Below the pieces are notes generated by a model, which was not told the origin of the DNA, did not search any database, and saw only the letters and a list, made by a program, of their open reading frames with translations. From positions 43,421,062 to 43,485,061 of the forward strand of contig NC_068991.1 of assembly GCF_001194135.2 (NCBI RefSeq): a DNA stretch of 64,000 nt. Direction: 5' to 3'. Within the stretch, counting starts at the first letter, position 1. Every line of letters begins with the position of its first letter. Below are positions 56,601-64,000 of the stretch, one piece after another. The position numbers were made by a program, and so were the translations under genes. Source of the stretch: Octopus bimaculoides (taxonomy: Eukaryota).

Positions 56601-57445
56601 ATCCTTTTAGAAAGCACTGATAATTTTAAAGATTAGACTAAAGGGACTACATGAAAGACGTCCAATGGAGACAGCAAAGTTTATAAACACAGCTAACATA
56701 ATATATAGAGTAATGATGCAGCCTGCTGTAAGTTAAGCAATTATGCAGCACCTGATAACCATAGTTCATACTTAGGGTACACCAGCTTGTAATTAGATTT
56801 AATGCTAAATCACAGCACCCTATCTTTTGGGGGAAAGGAACCAGAATGTTGCTATGATTATGCCTTTCCCCAAGAGCATTAGTGTGTTACAATAAATTGA
56901 AAGGTCTTTCATCCAGAAATTGAGAGTATACCAGAGAGTCACCCTACCACAAGCTTACCTCTAGATATAATAATAATTATTATTAATTAATATTACTATC
57001 ATTAATAAGATTATAATTTTTCAGATGATTAACATTATATGTAGAGATATAAAAATCTTTCATCATCTCTAAAGATGATGTTAATAATCTGAAAAATTAC
57101 AATTTCTTAGAGAGACAAAGCTTCAAATGTGGGAGATGGATACAATTGATTAAACTGATCCAAGCACTAAACTAGAACTTTATTTTGTCAGGCTGAAAAG
57201 ATGAAGAGCAAAGTTGGTTTCATTAGTTGATAATTTATTGATTATCATTGTTTTTTTTATTTCTGCTACAAGAAACAAAATATTCAAATACAATAACAAA
57301 GAGTGTGGGTGTACATATATGTTGCTTGTGTATGTGTATACATGCATACATATATACACAAATTATGCAACTAGGAGGATTTGACAGGTTTGGATGAACT
57401 CCTACCTCAGGGCTATATATGTATGTATGTATGTATATGTATGTA

Positions 57446-57492
<47 letters not shown>

Positions 57493-58058
57493 AATATCTT
57501 TACGCTAATGCAAATTAAATGACTACTGTTGGATCCATTTTAATAAATGTGAATATTCAGACCCCACTTGGTTGAAATCCTGGTGACACCATGACACACA
57601 TTATGAAATACAAGATGTTGTCAAAATACAGGGCCCTTTTTTTTCTCTAGAAAGAAAATTGACATTTATCTGAAGACCAGCATAATACACCAAACGATTT
57701 TAAAAAAAACATGTTCAGATCTCTATTGCAGTGTCAACAATTATATATTTTGATTAGAGAATATTACTTTGTATCTAGAGGGTGCATGATTAATTGATTA
57801 ATCAATGGTATCTTGAAGAAATGATTTTCATCTCTAGGAGATAAGCTGAGTTTCATCAACTGAAGTAGTTTTGCATAAGGCATCTTCTGTCTTGCTTTCA
57901 CATTCTAAACTGGCACCATTGAACAGCAGTATCTAATATATTAAAGCTTGTAAATAATAAAAAGAATGGAATTGCTGTTTACTGGCTTCCTTCTCGTGTA
58001 TCTTTATTTCAAGAAAAGAAAAATTCAAGAAACAGTCCCTAACCAATATTTCGTAAAA

Positions 58059-58131
58059 GCAGACGACAAGAAAGTGGTAGCAGACGACAAGAAAGTGGTA
58101 GCAGACGACAAGAAAGTGGTAGCAGACGACA
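58059..58131 (+). repeat. 21-bp tandem repeat, 3.5 copies
   Basis: The unit GCAGACGACAAGAAAGTGGTA is repeated perfectly three times, plus a partial copy. Confidence 0.95.
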
Positions 58132-58649
58132 GTATTTGACGTCTGACTCCGTTGTCATCGTCTGCAAGCAACAGTGTAAGAAAACGTCTCACAAAATAAA
58201 AGATTGCTTCCAGTAGCAAGCTGGAACCGGCATTATCCAAATATTGTTGCATTTAGCACGAAAACATGAAAATAAGAAAGTAAAATAATAATTCGAATGT
58301 GTTAGACGAGAAAAGCAAAAGAAACACAAAATATGTCTATAAGACACAAAGAGTCGGAGACTTGAATGAAGAAATGAACGAATATTTGCAGTTCACTTTG
58401 TAAATAAATAGAAGAATCAATAATAAAGATATGAATGAACACAGAAATTGTTGTTTAATGTTTTGATATCAAAACATTGAAAAAAGCTGTGACCAGTATG
58501 ATTTTGCCGTCGTGGAGTCCAGGGTAATAAATGAAAAAGACATCTGTCGGGAATGTTTACTCTACTTTGTTTTTAACGTTTCTTTCATTTATTCTTTATG
58601 AAATATCAACATTTCAATTTAAAATTGTTTAATGAAAATGCATACTTAC

Positions 58650-58738
58650 ATCTGATTCATTACAGTTGTTAGGAAAACACCTCCGTAAATATCTTTGTAT
58701 TGTATCGCCGGAGAATTTGCTTCCCGAAAAGTATCAAT
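58650..58738 (-). CDS. Girdin: Girdin/Daple coding exon 2, IDTFREANSPAIQYKDIYGGVFLTTVMNQ(I)
   Basis: Acceptor cttttacAG, 89 nt, donor GTAAGT (phase 0 in, phase 2 out). Resembles VKTF...DGVFLNQVMLQI of the HOOK/CH-like domain. Confidence 0.92.
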
Positions 58739-59328
58739 CTGTAAAAGATGAGAGAGAACGAAAATAAAATGAAAACAGTTAAATCAAAGAAAAGAGAATC
58801 ATGAAAGACGAGTAAAAATCAAAACAAAACATAAAACAAAAACTAAGGGAAATAGCTCTTGTTGACATCAGTATTAGTGGGATGATGTCGATCTGAAGAA
58901 AAGACAAAAGATGTTTGCAGTATTTGTGACACTTTCAATCAATGGCTAAATGGTTAAGAAGGCTTCGCTACAAGATTTCTGGCTCGATCCCAAATTGTGG
59001 CGTATTGGGTAAATGTCATTTTTATAGCCTCGAGTCGACACATACCTTGTGAGCGAAACTGGGTAGACGGAAATAGAACAGAAGCCCGTCAGGTGGATTG
59101 TACCTGTAATTCAAAAGGTACAGAAGGCACACACGGTGTCACATTGATTCTGCCTGCATATTACACTAAGAGTGCACGTGTCTGTGGGGATATATTCAGC
59201 CACGACTACATTAATTCACGAACAGGTAATTCAGTTGATCAATTAACTGAATCTTCATCGTCGGACGATGGAGATCCACCATCATATTCAATCAATTCTA
59301 CTGAACAACCCTCAAGAGCACTTGAAAT

Positions 59329-59540
59329 ATTGGTTTCAAATTTTGGCACAAGGCCAACAAGTTCGGAAGAGAAGGTAAGTCGATTGCAACGACTCCAGTG
59401 CTCAACTGGTACATATTTTATCGATCGCCAAAAGGATGAAAGGCAAAGTCGACGGAATTTGAACTCAGAACATGAAGTCGGACGAAATGCCGCTAAGTAT
59501 TTTGCCCGACGTGCTAACGATTCAACTGGTTGGCCGCCTT
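59329..59540 (-). mobile_element. tRNA-derived SINE (family 2) with a 13-bp TSD
   Basis: GAGCACTTGAAAT flanks both sides (59316-59328, 59541-59553). B-box-like GAGTTCAAATTCC. Related copies lie at ~50090-50320, ~60480-60640 and ~63270-63455 (+). Confidence 0.8.
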
Positions 59541-59696
59541 GAGCACTTGAAATCTTGATAGCAAACATAAAGTCACATACTTTTGAGTATGATTTATATT
59601 CATATCATTTCTAAATATTTGCGTGCACAATGTGCTCAAATAACCTTTAGTAGATCTTCAAACCGGGTTGTTTCAGAACTGAAGAGTTCCTTTGAA

Positions 59697-60112
59697 ATTG
59701 GCCGATCCAAAAAGACCCATCGGGGCACTAAGCACTTAAAATATTTTGGTGCTCCCATAAACGATTATGTAATTCAAAATATAAACAACAACAAACCATA
59801 AAATAAATTTTTATTTTTCAAAACGAAACAAAACAGCAAGAGGGAAAATAATGTTTATTTTTGTATACTTCCACTTTATATTTGAAAAGTTTCCTCTTAC
59901 TTGCAAAATCTTTGATCAGATACTCAAAATTAATCTTAGGTAACGCATCTGCATCTATACTTAGTAGAGATAAAGGCATCTCGAATATAATTTTAGCCAG
60001 TTTGAAGTGATTTCTTTTGTGCCGTAAACCATTTACCATTTCTAGGGTGCCCTCTCCTTCCCTTGATGCCCTGAACACGTGCTTATTTCGCTTAATGGTT
60101 AATCCAGTGCTG
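59697..60112 (-). mobile_element. hAT deletion derivative retaining the transposase C-terminal dimerisation piece
   Basis: LSLLSIDADALPKINFEYLIKDFASKRK resembles the hAT C-terminus. A terminal CAGCACTGGATTAACC is present at the 60112 end; the other end is degenerate. Confidence 0.5.
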
Positions 60113-60718
60113 CAAAAGCAGTTTGGCTGCGGAATCTGGTAGGGATTATTTTATTTCTTAATGCTTTTTGGCATTACTGTGTTTTATACAACAGGAATTC
60201 GATTTTGAAAGAATTCCATCTACCCACCTCCAAATTTCAATTTTTTTTAAACATTTTTGCCCCATCCTGCCCACCAAAGATTCCGACCCCCACCCCCGTG
60301 ATAGCTATTTCAAAACTCCAACTGTTTCTTCAGTTATACATTCGATCGACACCAATATATTACTGGCCCTTATTTTTTTGTGATGGCATGAAAAGTTTAT
60401 GCATGTTGCCACGAGAACAACATTAACTTGAAACACAGGGATACAGGTAATAAATATATACAGACAGAAGGCCACAAATTCGTAAAGAAGCAGTATAGTC
60501 GATTGAATCAATGTAAATATATTAATATTCTATCGATCCAAGGAAGAAAATTAGACAAAGTCGACTAGTGAGATTTGAACCCAGAACGCAGGGACAAACC
60601 AAATTCGACAAAGCATTTAGTCCAGAGCTCCACCATCGCAAAATAACAGTAACCACACACACAAAGTCAATACAAATTCATATATTTACAGAAAACATAT
60701 TAAATAAAACAAACTTAC

Positions 60719-60769
60719 CCAAATAACTAAAGGACTTTGCATGAAACATTCTTCGGGCGGCGACGCCAT
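60719..60769 (-). CDS. Girdin: Girdin/Daple (CCDC88A/C-like) coding exon 1, MASPPEECFMQSPLVIW
   Basis: ATG at 60769 in the context aaacATGGCG; 17 codons followed by a canonical GTAAGT donor (phase 0). FMQSPLVIW matches the N-terminal FMTSPLVTW of vertebrate Girdin as I recall it. Confidence 0.9.
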
Positions 60770-61200
60770 GTTTAATTATACCCCTATTATTAATTATTTT
60801 GATGGGGTTTGGTTTCTATTAACTTTTCTTTTACAAAAGAACTTAAAAATAACAACAACAAAAAATCCCGAATTCCTTAAAATTCTGTCGCCTGTTACGG
60901 CACTGCTTCTTGCAAGTGTGAGGCAGAATCTTTTCTGCGGCTCCTGCTTCTTCTACTTCTAAAGAAGTAGAAGATAGAAGCAAAAAGAAGCAAGCCGGGT
61001 CTTCTTACCCAGCAGCTTTCCTTTATTTGTTTTCTTTTTCGGTTTTTCTTTTTCACCTTGCCGTAATCTTTGCAAAAGATAATAATCCTAAAGCGTGGCA
61101 GGAAGCAAGCTGTGTGCCAGCGCCATCAAGCAACGAGCACTTCATCGTTCCATTCAGGTAAATTCCAATCAGAATCCTAACAACGGAGAAGAAAAATAAA
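60770..61200 (-). promoter_or_regulatory. Probable promoter/5' UTR region of the Girdin-like gene
   Basis: Directly upstream of the ATG and CpG-rich relative to the intron. Contains ETS-like (GCAGGAAG) and YY1-like (GATGGCG) motifs and a candidate 5'UTR donor/acceptor pair. The TSS cannot be determined from sequence. Confidence 0.5.
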
Positions 61201-61233
61201 ATTAGATTGAAACATAAACAGATAACATTAAGA

Positions 61234-61234
<1 letters not shown>

Positions 61235-61285
<51 letters not shown>

Positions 61286-62522
61286 NNNNNNNNNNNNNNN
61301 NNNNNNNNNNNNNNNNNNNNNNNNNNNNNNNNNNNNNNNNNNNNNNNNNNNNNNNNNNNNNNNNNNNNNNNNNNNNNNNNNNNNNNNNNNNNNNNNNNNN
61401 NNNNNNNNNNNNNNNNNNNNNNNNNNNNNNNNNNNNNNNNNNNNNNNNNNNNNNNNNNNNNNNNNNNNNNNNNNNNNNNNNNNNNNNNNNNNNNNNNNNN
61501 NNNNNNNNNNNNNNNNNNNNNNNNNNNNNNNNNNNNNNNNNNNNNNNNNNNNNNNNNNNNNNNNNNNNNNNNNNNNNNNNNNNNNNNNNNNNNNNNNNNN
61601 NNNNNNNNNNNNNNNNNNNNNNNNNNNNNNNNNNNNNNNNNNNNNNNNNNNNNNNNNNNNNNNNNNNNNNNNNNNNNNNNNNNNNNNNNNNNNNNNNNNN
61701 NNNNNNNNNNNNNNNNNNNNNNNNNNNNNNNNNNNNNNNNNNNNNNNNNNNNNNNNNNNNNNNNNNNNNNNNNNNNNNNNNNNNNNNNNNNNNNNNNNNN
61801 NNNNNNNNNNNNNNNNNNNNNNNNNNNNNNNNNNNNNNNNNNNNNNNNNNNNNNNNNNNNNNNNNNNNNNNNNNNNNNNNNNNNNNNNNNNNNNNNNNNN
61901 NNNNNNNNNNNNNNNNNNNNNNNNNNNNNNNNNNNNNNNNNNNNNNNNNNNNNNNNNNNNNNNNNNNNNNNNNNNNNNNNNNNNNNNNNNNNNNNNNNNN
62001 NNNNNNNNNNNNNNNNNNNNNNNNNNNNNNNNNNNNNNNNNNNNNNNNNNNNNNNNNNNNNNNNNNNNNNNNNNNNNNNNNNNNNNNNNNNNNNNNNNNN
62101 NNNNNNNNNNNNNNNNNNNNNNNNNNNNNNNNNNNNNNNNNNNNNNNNNNNNNNNNNNNNNNNNNNNNNNNNNNNNNNNNNNNNNNNNNNNNNNNNNNNN
62201 NNNNNNNNNNNNNNNNNNNNNNNNNNNNNNNNNNNNNNNNNNNNNNNNNNNNNNNNNNNNNATATATATATATATACACACATATATATATATACACACA
62301 TATATATATATATACACACATATATATATATACACACATATATATATACACACATATATATATACACACACATATATATATATATATACACACACATATA
62401 TATATATACACACACATATATATATATATATACACACACATATATATATATATATATATACACACACATATATATATACATATATATATATATACATATA
62501 TACATATATATACATATACATA
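61235..62522. repeat. (TG)n / gap / (TA,CA)n compound microsatellite upstream of the gene
   Basis: Seen directly; N-run at 61286-62261. Other microsatellites occur at 6832-6891, ~7786-7840, 16681-16742, 17947-18125 and ~62858-62890 ((TAGA)n). Confidence 0.95.
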
Positions 62523-62855
62523 CAAGGACCAATTATTAAGTAAAGGAATATTGAAAGAATTTTTTTTTCAAATTACTTTTAATATTTTTACTACTTTCAA
62601 TCTAAATACGCAGGGTGTATTAGAAAATATAAACGCACACAGATGCAATTATATGTATACATAGTGTGTGTGTACATACGTCCATACACAGTGCATGATT
62701 GTGTATATCTGTGCATATATGAACGTTGCCAGTCAAATGCAGAGGCCAATATACGCACTAATATTCAAATCTATATGCACACACAATCTTACATACGTAA
62801 GGCACAAGCGTACGTGCATTATATATATTACTTTATATATATAACTTTACATCAC

Positions 62856-62892
<37 letters not shown>

Positions 62893-63784
62893 GCATTTAT
62901 GTACACGAACCCGTTATAGATATTACTATGCACAATTACTAAATTACTGTATGCTTACATTATGCCTCTGTAAAAGGCTGTTAGTTACATGCACACCAAT
63001 CACATGCACATACCAATACACAACGAATACGTAATTATATATAAACCCACAATAAATACCAAGCCTAAAAGTGAACGTATATACACTAAATACAACAATT
63101 AAGCCACCAACATGTCCAAGCAGCACTACTAAGTACCTTCCCCATTACACTTATAATAACAATTCGTTGTTCACCTCCGCCTCAATTTCGTTTTGTGCTG
63201 TCCCTAAAATCTCGGGCTCTTGGAACCAATATAAAAATTCGTTATTATTGATGAAGGCAACAGACTCGTTAGAGCGTTGGAAAAATGCTTCTCTTCCGAC
63301 TCTTCACGCTATGAGTTCAAATCCTGCCGAGATCAACTTTGCCTTCCATCCCTCAAGGGTTGAGAAAATAAAGTACAAGTGCTGGAATTGATAGTATCGA
63401 CGAACCCCTACTTCTCAAAATTGCTAGCCTTGTGCTCGAATTAGAAACCATTATTATTAATTCACTCATACTTTACAGACTAGTTGTCAAAATATGTCCC
63501 AGCACCTCATTATTCCCATCAAAAATTAATTTTAAATTCTCTCCCTACGATTCTCAATCTACTCCTGCCTTTCTATGGTCATATGTACAAAAATGGGAGG
63601 GGGTTGAATAAGTACCATAAACCACCATTAGTGTGTGTGCGGGCGCGAGGTACAAAGGTGAGCTTTGGAACAAGGTTGGGGCAACCAACACTGATGGAAT
63701 TTCGTGAAAACAATGTGTAGTGTGGTAAGAGGCACAAAGGTGAGTTTCAGAGCAACCAGCTATGGTGAAATTTCGTGAAGACTC

Positions 63785-63815
<31 letters not shown>

Positions 63816-64000
63816 GTGTGTGTGAAGTATAGCAACCACAGGAATGATGAGATGGAAAAGTGAAAGAAAGACAGGTTCGGAAAACGGAAGAATTCAAAAG
63901 AAAGGAAGACAGCGGGTGTAGAAGAGCTGAAGATAGATAAAGTGGGATAGATAAAAAGAAAGATATAAAAGCAATATAGTGTGAAAGATATCAAGAAATA

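Noticed and set aside
57835-57935. Exon-like open stretch on the minus strand (ILLFNGASLECESKTEDALCK...)
   Set aside because: It ends in a stop, has no donor, has no similarity to Girdin, and exons 2 and 3 already join in phase.
58059-58131. CRISPR-like array
   Set aside because: The units abut with no spacers, and the context is eukaryotic.
58682-58687. GGVF instead of the usual DGVF as a sign of genomic fixation of an A-to-I edit
   Set aside because: The codon is GGA, which is not a single A-to-G change from GAT/GAC. An ordinary substitution suffices.
61100-61165. First exon of a divergently transcribed plus-strand gene (CAG|GTAAAT at 61158)
   Set aside because: Only a modest donor site. 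No ORF or downstream exon is identifiable in the remaining 2.8 kb.
61053-62664. Six 430-490 aa ORFs
   Set aside because: They are translations of (TG)n/(TA)n microsatellite and N-gap. The same applies to the ORFs at 794-1325, 17897-18190 and 24219-24674 (SINEs, microsatellite and gaps).

Overview
AT-rich, repeat-dense animal genomic DNA with several assembly gaps. The SINE, RTE and microsatellite content looks like an octopod cephalopod (inference). The window holds the 5' end of one protein-coding gene on the minus strand, a Girdin/Daple (CCDC88-family, HOOK-domain) orthologue. Three coding exons are visible (60719-60769, 58650-58738, 20770-20875) and splice in frame to MASPPEECFMQSPLVIW-IDTFREANSPAIQYKDIYGGVFLTTVMNQI-DPQTVYSKVNTNISDVNARIQNWDNLVKNIKAYYL. 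Intron 2 is 37,774 bp, and I found no exon 4 in the remaining 20.7 kb. The introns contain tRNA-derived SINEs, RTE and L1/Tx1 LINE fragments, mariner, hAT and piggyBac-type elements, a Helitron PIF1-helicase relic and a Penelope-like element (PLE) relic. The most interesting signal is a ~300-bp module that forms the 3' end of the PLE and recurs six times: a 73-nt tRNA-like head with A/B boxes, an (AAT)n tract, a minimal type I hammerhead-ribozyme motif and an optional 30-nt tail. Twice it occurs as a head-to-head inverted dimer flanked by a single target-site duplication. No searches or folding programs were run; all family calls come from motif recognition by eye.
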